A stretch of 35,224 nucleotides of DNA from Craspedostauros australis (lineage: Eukaryota). Shown here one piece after another: positions 21,592 to 31,418 of this stretch. The position numbers and the translations under genes are program-made. The notes under the pieces were generated by a model that had not been told where the DNA came from, did no database searches, and saw only the letters and a list, made by a program, of their open reading frames with translations. Where the stretch lies: contig JALAGF010004597.1 of NCBI GenBank assembly GCA_030167865.1, positions 1-35,224 of the forward strand, written 5' to 3'. The stretch's first letter is position 1, and each line of letters begins with the position of its first letter.

Positions 21592-21983
21592 GATGGTGGC
21601 CTGTATAATAGAATATGATGGATGGGGAGGACAGGTCTGATCAGGAGGGATAGGCCGTATTATATAATATTATGCTAACACCCTGCAAGTATGGAGGATC
21701 CAGTTGCACAATGCGACCACAAACACACTGATGATGTTGATGCTCGACCCACGCTTTTGTGTTGAGTTTTGTGTGGTTTCGCCTCATTTCCCGATTTCGA
21801 AACAACAACCCGAAACATCGTAGACTATATCGAAGTTAGTTTCTAGACTGCCATCAACTAGTATAGAGTAGAATTCCACTCTCTGCAAATCGGACCCCGC
21901 AGTGGCTCTCTCTCCAGAGAGCGGAAGTACAATGCATTCTATTAATAGTGTATTGCCTAAACATCCGATTTGCTGACGCCAGC

Positions 21984-24900
21984 TCACAATGCTTCATAAA
22001 ACAGCATGTAGGCCTGGCAGCGACGCACGTCTTCCCACGACGATGGCAGGACGGTGGCATCGGAGATGCGGAACCAGTTGTCGCGATCGTCTCTGCGGTA
22101 GGCCACGTAGTGACCACCGAAGGCGTTGCCGCGATGTTCAATGACGCTCTGCAGTCTGTAGATCAGTCCGCTCGCGCCCTTCTTGGCAGAAGCGGCAGCG
22201 ACGTTGCATCCGCCCACCCACGACGTATCTGGCCTCGAGGCGTTGCCGCTGTAGGCGCAGTAGGGACCGATGTCCAGCATCTGCGGGAACTGGACGTACT
22301 CCATGCATTTTTCCATTCGGGACGTGTACGGATCGAAGTACCGGCGTTGGATGTGACAGCACAGGATCGATGGTCGTCGTGTGAACAGGAGGCACTTCTT
22401 GGCCACGTGGCGTTCCAAGCGTCCTTTCTTTCGATGAGTGGTGCCGTTGCATGCCGACGTTGGAATTGTATCAGCATCAGCTTCATCACCCAGCAGCAGC
22501 ATGTCGTCCAATGCTGCTGCGTCATCATCACCATCACCGTTGCCGTCATGTCCGTCGATCACGTCGTCTCCATCCGGATCGATTTGCCGAACCGCGTACA
22601 GCTTCTGCTCCATGCGCTGCAAATCATTCTGCAGATACCGGATGGCGTCTGGATCTTTCGTCTTCTTGGTCAAGGTCGCCATCGCACCACGCAACAGCAG
22701 CACTTCTTCCTGCAGATGATTCGTCTGCTTCTGGATCGTGCACGATCGGCATTCCACATCGGTGACGTGTTCGACTGTGGTGAATTCCTGCAGGCACTGT
22801 TGCAGCGTGCAGCCAGTGGCCTTGTCCGTGCTGCCGGTCGCCAGGTAGGTCGACACGGAAAGGGGGACGAGCGGGATGTCCAGGAATGGTGCGTTCTGGA
22901 TGGGACGGACGTGGCCACATTGGCAGCATTGGAGGGTGGAGCCGAGCCAACCGCTCATGGGCGATGGCGTGATGCTGGAGATGGCGTTCTGCATGATGCG
23001 CAGAGGCGTGGACAGTACTTGCTGCTGCTCTTGTCGTGGCAGTGTTTGATCATGCGTTGGCGGTACTGTTTCGTGGGGCCTCGTTGCCGTCTCTGCGGAT
23101 GAGGCAGCAAGTCGCGACTTGGCACTGTTCAATTGGATTTGATCTTCATGGAATACTACCGACTGACTCACGGGGATGGATTCCAAGTCCTCTTCCGCGT
23201 GAGTGACGGGGAACGCGATGTCGCCGTCCTCCTGCTTCTTCTCATCTGGGTGGCTGTGAACGATTGAAGGCGATTGCGCCTGTTGTGAAGTTGATAGAGC
23301 TTGTGGTGACGATTGTCCATTTTCCATTTTCTTGGACACGCCGGGATGTATTCTCGAATGCGTCTGTTCGCTGACTGTTGTCGCTGTAATCTCGTCCATA
23401 ATATCAGACAAGGAAAGCACGTCATGCGTTTGTGTCGTGGTTGCTGCATTCACATGATCAAAATCAAATGCCGTGGCAAATGACGAATCGGCCGTATCCA
23501 GTTCCGCATCGTGAATGACGCAACCCAGCAGGGCATGCAACAGTTCCTGCGCATCCTGCTGCTCCATCGTCGCGCCTTCGAATTGGTGGTTGGATTCTCC
23601 AATGCGCTGCAAGAGGGTGCGCGGTGTGATTTTGGATTGGCTGCTGCCGAAAGGTCGGAAGAGATTTGGCGTTGTGAATAGTGACAACGTCGATGACGAT
23701 GCCGTCGTGGCTGGTTTTGTTTCGTGTCCGTTGATTTGTTGTAGCAAGTGCAACAGCTGGTGGCTGAAGCTGTCCGGTGATTGAAACGTTGATGCTTTTG
23801 TTGCGTCGACGCTGCTGTCATTCCATGCTTCATCGTCGGAATACGAATATTCACTGTAGTCGTCATCGTCATCCTCACTGTCCAAATCGTTGTCGCTTTG
23901 TTCCTTTCCACTAGCATTAGCATCATGCGACGACAGTTGTCTCTGCCGCTGTCTTTGATGCTGCTGTTGCACGGCCGTCTGCTGATTGAGCTGCGCCACC
24001 TTGTCGAGGTAGAGAAGGAAGGGCCCCAGCGATGCCAATGCCTGGAGGACAGAATTCAAGAAGCACGTCTGTCCTTGATTGGGCAGGCCGACGATCTGAA
24101 GCACGTCAAGTTGTACGCAAGGCGTTGGAGTATCTGTCATTGTTTGTTGGTTGGCAGGGGCGCCCGTTTGTGATGCAAAGAAGGAGAATGGAGTTCGTAT
24201 TCTGGTTGCGTGCTTCAGTTGACTGCCTGGAGCAGTCGCCATCGTGGAGAATAGGGTGAAGACGTGTTGCAAGAAGGCCTGGCACAGCTGCGGTCGGAGG
24301 ATGCCCGTCTTGAGACAATCGCAGAGGAATGTGAAGATGGCCATCTGGAGGTTGGAAGATAGCTGCAATGTCTTCTGTGATTGGGACACCAGAGTGGTGG
24401 TGAGATTGGCGCCAACAGTCGCATCGAGCAGATGCGATCTTCGAAAGTCCGGAGTTGATGATGCAGCTGCTGACGAGCGCGATGACGACGATGAGGATGG
24501 TAACCTTGTGTCGGATTCGTCTTCGTCATCGTCGTGGAAATCCTCACTGGACGTTGCTGTGTGATCCATGCCCAAGAATGCAAACGGCGTGAACGAGGCA
24601 TTTGGCAACCCCAGCTTTTGCTGTAGTTGTTGCTGCCACTGTTGGGAACGTGTCTCATCACGATTCTGAATGGCCGAAACCAAGGGCCGTGTGACCACGA
24701 TCGGAGTTGTGGTGGGGCTCGAGAAACGTGGCCTTGGCTGATGATGCTGCTTGTGCTGCTGCTTGTGCTTTTGTTGGATCTGTTTGTCAGTACGATTCGT
24801 GGACAAGGAGGCGGCCGTGATGGGTGACGCCGCAGAATCTCCATTGAGACGAGACATGGATTTTCCATTGCGCCCCACAGAGTCATGGTGTTCCTTCTGG

Positions 24901-25133
24901 ACAGGAGGTGGCAACGAAAGAGCCGGCACCACATCCATGTACTTCATACTGCCTCGGTTGGACATGGTGGGCGTCCCCGCCTCTTGCGCAGGCACCAGCA
25001 ACGACGATGCAGAAGCAGCCGTGGCAGACGACTTCTTTCGCAGGCTGGTTGTGGTGCCTGTGGTTGCCGACGCCGTGGAGCTGGTGCTGCTGCTGCCGGC
25101 GGCCGTCACGCCGGCGTACTTCATCACATTCAT
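21984..25133 (-). CDS. Ubiquitin-specific protease (peptidase C19), USP30/UBP27-like
   Basis: Cys box GLPNQGQTCFLNSVLQALAS, QQDAQELL, CCQC and CRSC zinc ligands, His box YRLQSVIEHRGNAFGGHYVAYRR..WFRISD, and terminal QAYMLFYE. Long low-complexity insertions. Confidence 0.92.
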   Translation of the reverse strand: MNVMKYAGVTAAGSSSTSSTASATTGTTTSLRKKSSATAASASSLLVPAQEAGTPTMSNRGSMKYMDVVPALSLPPPVQKEHHDSVGRNGKSMSRLNGDSAASPITAASLSTNRTDKQIQQKHKQQHKQHHQPRPRFSSPTTTPIVVTRPLVSAIQNRDETRSQQWQQQLQQKLGLPNASFTPFAFLGMDHTATSSEDFHDDDEDESDTRLPSSSSSSRSSAAASSTPDFRRSHLLDATVGANLTTTLVSQSQKTLQLSSNLQMAIFTFLCDCLKTGILRPQLCQAFLQHVFTLFSTMATAPGSQLKHATRIRTPFSFFASQTGAPANQQTMTDTPTPCVQLDVLQIVGLPNQGQTCFLNSVLQALASLGPFLLYLDKVAQLNQQTAVQQQHQRQRQRQLSSHDANASGKEQSDNDLDSEDDDDDYSEYSYSDDEAWNDSSVDATKASTFQSPDSFSHQLLHLLQQINGHETKPATTASSSTLSLFTTPNLFRPFGSSQSKITPRTLLQRIGESNHQFEGATMEQQDAQELLHALLGCVIHDAELDTADSSFATAFDFDHVNAATTTQTHDVLSLSDIMDEITATTVSEQTHSRIHPGVSKKMENGQSSPQALSTSQQAQSPSIVHSHPDEKKQEDGDIAFPVTHAEEDLESIPVSQSVVFHEDQIQLNSAKSRLAASSAETATRPHETVPPTHDQTLPRQEQQQVLSTPLRIMQNAISSITPSPMSGWLGSTLQCCQCGHVRPIQNAPFLDIPLVPLSVSTYLATGSTDKATGCTLQQCLQEFTTVEHVTDVECRSCTIQKQTNHLQEEVLLLRGAMATLTKKTKDPDAIRYLQNDLQRMEQKLYAVRQIDPDGDDVIDGHDGNGDGDDDAAALDDMLLLGDEADADTIPTSACNGTTHRKKGRLERHVAKKCLLFTRRPSILCCHIQRRYFDPYTSRMEKCMEYVQFPQMLDIGPYCAYSGNASRPDTSWVGGCNVAAASAKKGASGLIYRLQSVIEHRGNAFGGHYVAYRRDDRDNWFRISDATVLPSSWEDVRRCQAYMLFYEAL

Positions 25134-26055
25134 GTTCGTTTTCTTCTCTTTCCTCTCTTTCTTTGTTCTGCTCTGTTGAGCTCCACTCTGTTGTGCTTGA
25201 AGCTCGCGAATGAAGCTCGTGAATGACGATGGTGGAACGATGATCGTGGAATGATGGCAGAGAGTTCAGTCGCTCGGTCTGTTCTTCTCTGCTTCCTCAG
25301 CGATCTGATGCAGACAGTGGACAAGGAGGCAAAGTCTCAAGCAACGCTGGATGCTTCTCTCTCGCAATGGGTGCTCTCCTCAGGATGCTACGCAGTGCGC
25401 GTGCCTACGGTATCACTGCTGCTGCTGCCGTTTCTCTTGATGTGTCCCACGCACTCTTGTGCACAACGCTTCAAGCGACGAACCAAAGAGTTTAGCAGGA
25501 AATGCGAGTACGGTGGACTCAAATAGAATATTATAGAATATAATGGAAGATGTGATCCTCCACGAATGTAACGAGGATGAATGACGCAGATGAGATGATC
25601 TCTCTTTCTTTCTCACTGCCTCGCTGTGGTCCTCTCGTGCGGCTACGGTTTCAGTATCGAATGACGGGGATGTGGTTTCGGAATGGTGTGCTATGCGCAG
25701 TTCCGCGCGTGGACTGAAGGGGGGCAGCTGGTTGGGTCCTTCTGCACCTGTTCCACGCAAAGCACTTTTCCCGTTCCAGATTCTGCGCTCGTGTTGGCCG
25801 AAAGTTCCTCACATCACGATTCCCGTTAGCGGATGGAGGACGGACGCAATCAACAACAAGAAACTTCCGCAACCGCATCGTAGTCGCGGATGAGAGACCA
25901 ACTACCTATTATATTTTGACTTGCGGCACCGCATCCTCATCCCCGCATCACGAGTATTATTTCAACTCTCATAGTCGTACTTGTATTGTGTTGCATAATA
26001 TATTATCTTCCTATATTACCGAGCGTTCGCAGGCATTCCAACAGCATCAACAGCA

Positions 26056-27627
26056 TCAACCTGAGCAGCATGTGCAGGCATCCTTGGCCTGCAAGAAATC
26101 CTTGCGTCCGCGCTTGACGCACTTCTGGAGCAGGCTCTTCAATTCGTCGTTGTTCTGATCCAGCTGCAGACCTTCCCACGCCGCCAACGCTGCATCTTCG
26201 TACCGCTCCAGTTCCAACCGTGCCACGGCCATGCGGTAGCAGGCCTTGCTCCACGTCGGCCGCAGGGTGCGCGCGATGACGGCGTCGCGCAAAGCATCGT
26301 CGGGGCGTTTCATCATCATGTAGCATGCGGAACGGTTGGAGTAGAATGTCGCGTCTTTCGGATTCGCACCGATGGCGTCGCTGTAGATCGATTCGGCTTG
26401 CGTCCATTCCTTCTTCGCGAAGTGCTTGTTGCCTTCCGCCTTGATATCCAGCGCCTTCTTTTGCAATTCCTCCGAAACGTCGTCCGACGATGCGATCTCC
26501 GCGGCCTGCGCCTGCGCCTCGTTCTCCTCCTTGTTGTTGACGCATTTGCTCTTGCCCTTGTCATCGGCGGTCTGCGCCTGCGCATCGTCGTCCTGGCTCC
26601 TCGGTGGCGCCGTCGTCGGCACGTGCTCGTTGTTCTTCTTGTGTTCCTCGATGTACGCGCGTGCATCTGCCTCCGTCAATTGCGTGCCATCCTCCTTGGC
26701 GGGCAGCAGCAACAGCACGCAACCGACATGCGATTCCTGCGCCGCCAAATCCAACGGCGTCAGTCCGCTGTGATTCTTCTGCAGCAGCACGCCTCGCTTA
26801 TCATCTTCCAGCTTGTCCAGCAGCGCCGCCAACGTGCCCACCAAGTTGAGATCGGCCGCCATGTGGAACAACGTCAGGCCGCCTGGCAACGTCGTGTCGA
26901 TATCGACGTCCGTCTTGGCGAGGATCAGCTTGGCGTGCTTGTCGTTGGATGCCGCGACGGCCAGCACCAGCGGCGATGGAATGTTGCTGGATGGCTGGGC
27001 TTCGACCTTCGCACCGCAGTCCAACAAGGCCTCGATGGTCGCGGAGCAATCCTTCTGCCCGCCGACTGCCCAATGCAACGGCGTCCCGCCTTGCTGCGAA
27101 AACGTGTGAATCGCCACGTGCCCCGCTTCGTACAATGCCCGGATCGTCGCGGCCGTGGCACCAGCACCGGCGGCATAATGCAAGGCCGTCGCACCGGCTT
27201 GCGATCGCGCCAAACCCAACTTCATGTCCTTGCCGATGCCCAGCAGGAACAGCACGCGGCGTTCGGCCAGCGCTGCATCGGCATGCCGCGCCGCGAACAT
27301 GAGGGGCGTCAGACCTTCGCGATCCTTCTGTTTCAGGATGGTCTGGTAGGCCGCCGCGGTGGGGAACCAGTCCGGCCGCAGGATCTGCTCCACGATCTCG
27401 TCGTCGTGGCTCTGGCAGGCGAAATGCAAGGCGGTGCGCTTCTGTCCATCGCGGAACTGCGTCAGCACTTCCAGCGGCGCGATGCCGTGATCGTGGGAGT
27501 ACTGCGTCACGCACGAGGCCACGGTGTCGCCCTTGCCCGTCAAGGCGGCCTCCAGCAGCTTCGTCAGGAAGGCGCGCTCGGCGCTCATCTTCGTGTTCTT
27601 TTCTTCGGCGGTCAAGGAAGGCGACAT
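26056..27627 (-). CDS. Ankyrin-repeat plus TPR protein
   Basis: Ankyrin repeats (RTALHFAC, GLTPLMFAA, GATALHYAA, GGTPLHWAV, GLTPLDLAA) followed by an STI1-type three-TPR module (KAEGNKHF..YSDAI..FYSNRSACY..WSKACYRMAVA). Confidence 0.9.
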   Translation of the reverse strand: MSPSLTAEEKNTKMSAERAFLTKLLEAALTGKGDTVASCVTQYSHDHGIAPLEVLTQFRDGQKRTALHFACQSHDDEIVEQILRPDWFPTAAAYQTILKQKDREGLTPLMFAARHADAALAERRVLFLLGIGKDMKLGLARSQAGATALHYAAGAGATAATIRALYEAGHVAIHTFSQQGGTPLHWAVGGQKDCSATIEALLDCGAKVEAQPSSNIPSPLVLAVAASNDKHAKLILAKTDVDIDTTLPGGLTLFHMAADLNLVGTLAALLDKLEDDKRGVLLQKNHSGLTPLDLAAQESHVGCVLLLLPAKEDGTQLTEADARAYIEEHKKNNEHVPTTAPPRSQDDDAQAQTADDKGKSKCVNNKEENEAQAQAAEIASSDDVSEELQKKALDIKAEGNKHFAKKEWTQAESIYSDAIGANPKDATFYSNRSACYMMMKRPDDALRDAVIARTLRPTWSKACYRMAVARLELERYEDAALAAWEGLQLDQNNDELKSLLQKCVKRGRKDFLQAKDACTCCSG

Positions 27628-28081
27628 GGTGGCGGCTTTGGCAGGAGGACAGAGGGAATTGGTTGGTTGGTTAGTTGGTTCGTTCGTTGATAGAGTGTGA
27701 GTTGTGAGATGTGTTGTGAGATGTGTGGCAGCTCGGACGATGAAGAACGACAGGAACAGAGTTTGTGTGAATGGCCTCTTTTAGAATTCTGATTGTGTCT
27801 GCAAATTGGTGGGTGGTGTTGGTGTGAGTAGACCATGATTGTGGTATCAAGGAACATTCAGTGCGTAATCTTGCCTGTGGTATTGACTGAAACACCGCAA
27901 ACCCAGAAACAAGCAAACAAAGATCCAAAACAAGGATGAATGAACGCACAACACACAACACACCGCGCATCGCAACGAACACTCCAATTGTTCCTTCACT
28001 TACATTGGACTATACGAGCTATTACACCATCATCCTCTCTTTCCAGAGAGAAATGCAAGGACATTGACGAAAGCGACCATC

Positions 28082-28612
28082 ATGTCTCGAGCTGCTCTGC
28101 GATGCGTCACGAACCGTCATGGTTGCTTTCGCCAGAGATCAAGACCCATCAGCGGAGTCGTGATGGGACGTTCCACCGCATTCTTCACAAATCTCGATCA
28201 GACGCCAACGAACACACGAAGAACAGATGAGGATGATGACAGGAACAGCCACGCCGTTCACCGCTTGACGTGGCAGCGACGCAAACAACGCCCTTCGAAT
28301 CAAGTGCGTCACTACTCCCATACGACCCGAAAAGAATTGTTCCCCATCCTCGGCGCCATGGTCGTGGGCGTCGTCGGCTACGTGGTATACCGAAAGATGA
28401 ACGGAGAAGCCATCACGCCAGATGATGCGCATGATCTGCAGCGAGCGTACCAGAAAATGGAGGAGGAGCGGCAGCTCAAATCGAAGCAAACAACGGCATC
28501 GCCGCCAAAACAATACAGCGATGGTGACAACGCAGTCACAAACACCTCGAACGTTCCGGATGACGCCGACGACAGCACCAGCAATACCAACAACCGCAAC
28601 GGCAAGCAATAG
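28082..28612 (+). CDS. Small single-pass membrane protein, probable mitochondrial presequence
   Basis: ATG at 28082, Arg/Ser-rich N-terminus without acidic residues (MSRAALRCVTNRHGCFRQRSRP), one TM segment ELFPILGAMVVGVVGYVVYRK, then a short coiled coil. Confidence 0.6.
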   Translation: MSRAALRCVTNRHGCFRQRSRPISGVVMGRSTAFFTNLDQTPTNTRRTDEDDDRNSHAVHRLTWQRRKQRPSNQVRHYSHTTRKELFPILGAMVVGVVGYVVYRKMNGEAITPDDAHDLQRAYQKMEEERQLKSKQTTASPPKQYSDGDNAVTNTSNVPDDADDSTSNTNNRNGKQ

Positions 28613-31418
28613 GGCGCGCTTTCAGAAGATCATGTGTATTGGTAACATATGCTGTATGACATCCTACTGCTTAATGCAGGCGTGCACCCATTCTTTCGAG
28701 CATAACACAGTGTGCAAGGATGCTTTCCTACATTGACAACTCCATTCTACTGTTTGACTATTCTGACTAGTTTGTCGAATCCGTGTTTGGAGCTGGTGGT
28801 AAACTCATATTTATTGCCAATAAGTTACACCAACAAGCCACCAAGGTCATTTCATTCACACAAGTGTTCGCCGAAGGAATCAAAAGTGCTCTGTTGTGGT
28901 GAACAAGGAAGAGAAACCGCCAAAAGAACCGTCGCTCTGAATTGCGAACTGCAATACAGAATTGTCATCCATGATCAACCGAAGCTGAAAAAGCTTGGGC
29001 AGGGAGGCGATCACTCGTGACGAGATGTCTTGATACAATCATTGCTGTTTGTGTGACGCTGTGGAGCGAACATGGTCGATCTATTGCCTTCTGGTCTCCT
29101 CGTGTGGAGCTCTGTCTCACATAGTTCTCCAGTGCTCTGCTTTGCGTGTCGTGGCCGACACATACCTGTACCTGCGAATACTCTTACGACCTGCTCGCCC
29201 GTTTGTTGAATCGCTTGCCAAACGGAGAAGCAACGCGGCACCCCAATACAAACGCTTCGCAGTGGAAGCCATCCCGAACGACAACAGTGCCGGCAACGGC
29301 GGAATTGCCGCTGGCTATTCCAAGACTACTGCACGTCCGCTATTTGTACCGCGCGCTACATAGTCTGCATATCCGTGCTGCCAACAGCGACAACACAACC
29401 TGTACGTGGAAGATTTGACCGTAGCCGAGGGCTCAGATGCCAAACGTCAAATCAACTTCAACGACCACACGGACTTCGGGGCGTGGAGGACAACCTGTCC
29501 ACAACCTCGTTCTATTTGCGAACACGCTTCTCATGAAAGTGCAATACTCACTTCCCTTGACTAATTCCTCCCTCGCCCACCCCTCTGCTAATTGTTGTCG
29601 ATGAGTGCGGGAAAGAGCGAAACACAACATGTCTGTGATACTCCTCTTCCGTTCATTCACATTAGTGGGAGGCAGTGTTGACGCATCGCGCCCTTTTCAA
29701 CCTGCATTGGCAGATGTTCGAAGTGACGTGGTGCGACTGGCAACATTGCTTGTCCCGCTGCATCTGCTTGACCTTTCTCGATCGTTTGTGCTGGCTGCGT
29801 GTAGCATGGTAAACTACTGCCATTGCATTTTACATGCCTCGTTCTGGCGAACGTGCCTCGGCGAGATCAAGATGCCACCTACTGGTATGTACCGACAATG
29901 TCATGCATGTGTATCTTACCATACGGGTACGCGTGCCACGCGCTTCTCACTTTGATCTTGTGATTGTTTTTGCGGCCGTCCATTGTGATGTTTGCGTTGG
30001 TCATGGTCGCGGCTGCGTGGTCGGTGACAAGAAGACCTGGGATCTCTGCGCCCCATTGAAGCATCAACGATACGTGACTCATACCTGTGTTCTGCAACTC
30101 TTGACATTGTCAATGCAGAGGCGTTTCAATCGGCTCTCAGATCGAAGAACCAGTTCCTCCGCTGAAGAAGTTCCACCGAAGATACGTGATCGACCCTTAA
30201 CGAAACCCAAAGGCAGCACCTCTTGGATCAGTCGCCACGCATACGTACATCAATAGGTGTCTGTTCGTGGATTGCTGGACATGCGAAGGCAAGAGATGGA
30301 AACCACACAAGTATCGACACGAGATTGACTGCATCCCAACACCGAAGAAACTCCCGGCAACGAAATGATACCGTCACAAGAGGTTCCCCGCGGGCTCGAC
30401 GTTGAGTGCAGTCGACAGGTGACTTCATGCATTGGTTTGGATGCAATGAACTACGTCACGAGCACTGTTTCTGGTAGAGGATGACGTCGCGCTCGCAAAG
30501 CTTAATTCGAATTCATTGGGTGAGACGACCGAGACTATCCGTGCTGGACCAAATGAACGCTGTTTCAAAAGCTCCTCTGCGCATTCATCCTGGCCGTTGG
30601 CTTCGCCGAGGGACAAGCGGTGCACTCCTTCGGAGGTCATCATTACCTTGGTCCCGCCTTTGCCGGTGGAACACTGGTTGTGTCGTGAAGAAAGAATTTG
30701 AGCTTCGCAGGCAGTTGCAGCTCGTGAGGATCACACCTCTTCGCTACCGACTAGCCGATCCGAACGCCCAAACATATCTTCGTTTGGAGCAGCCTTTTTC
30801 TCTCCTGCGCATCTTCACAGTACTGATGTACAGAAGTTGTGTTTCCCCTTTGGCCCAAAACCTCGAAATGATGTCTCACACAGCTTGGCTGCTTGCCATG
30901 AGTGCCTTGTGTGTTTCATGACAGGTAGATGCGTGGGGGCAGTCGTTCTTCTTTCGTTCTTCATCGAACCCTGGCACTGGGCGTGCCTACGAACTGCTCT
31001 TGAGCTATCGTCACCTTGGAGCTCTTGGTCAAGCAATCCTGCTGGCCCAACAACCGCTTCCATCTCCCACCCAACACACACGGTCATAAAACAAACGAGA
31101 AGAGCAAACGAAGATTAGTCTCACAAGAACTCAAGGGGCCGAAGATCGAAACCCATCCAACTTAACCAACCCAAGCCAATCTTAGGTCTAATCAAGGTAC
31201 GAGCAAGATGCTGCCATTTTCGGATCTGCAACATCATGCGTGCCATACCTTTGCTTTTTCATCATGAATCGTCAACATGGCATCTTCGTCAACTATCGCT
31301 GCTGCACTTTCTACATCAGCACTCACCATGATGCTGTGTTTCAATTCCTCCCCATGTACCATAGACCCCGCGTCTGCTTGACAGCCCCGCTTTCCAACAC
31401 AGAAGCAGCTACAACAGC

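Noticed and set aside
28700-31190. Many short ORFs in the long intergenic region
   Set aside because: No codon bias, motifs, terminal repeats or tRNA/rRNA-like structure that I could recognise.
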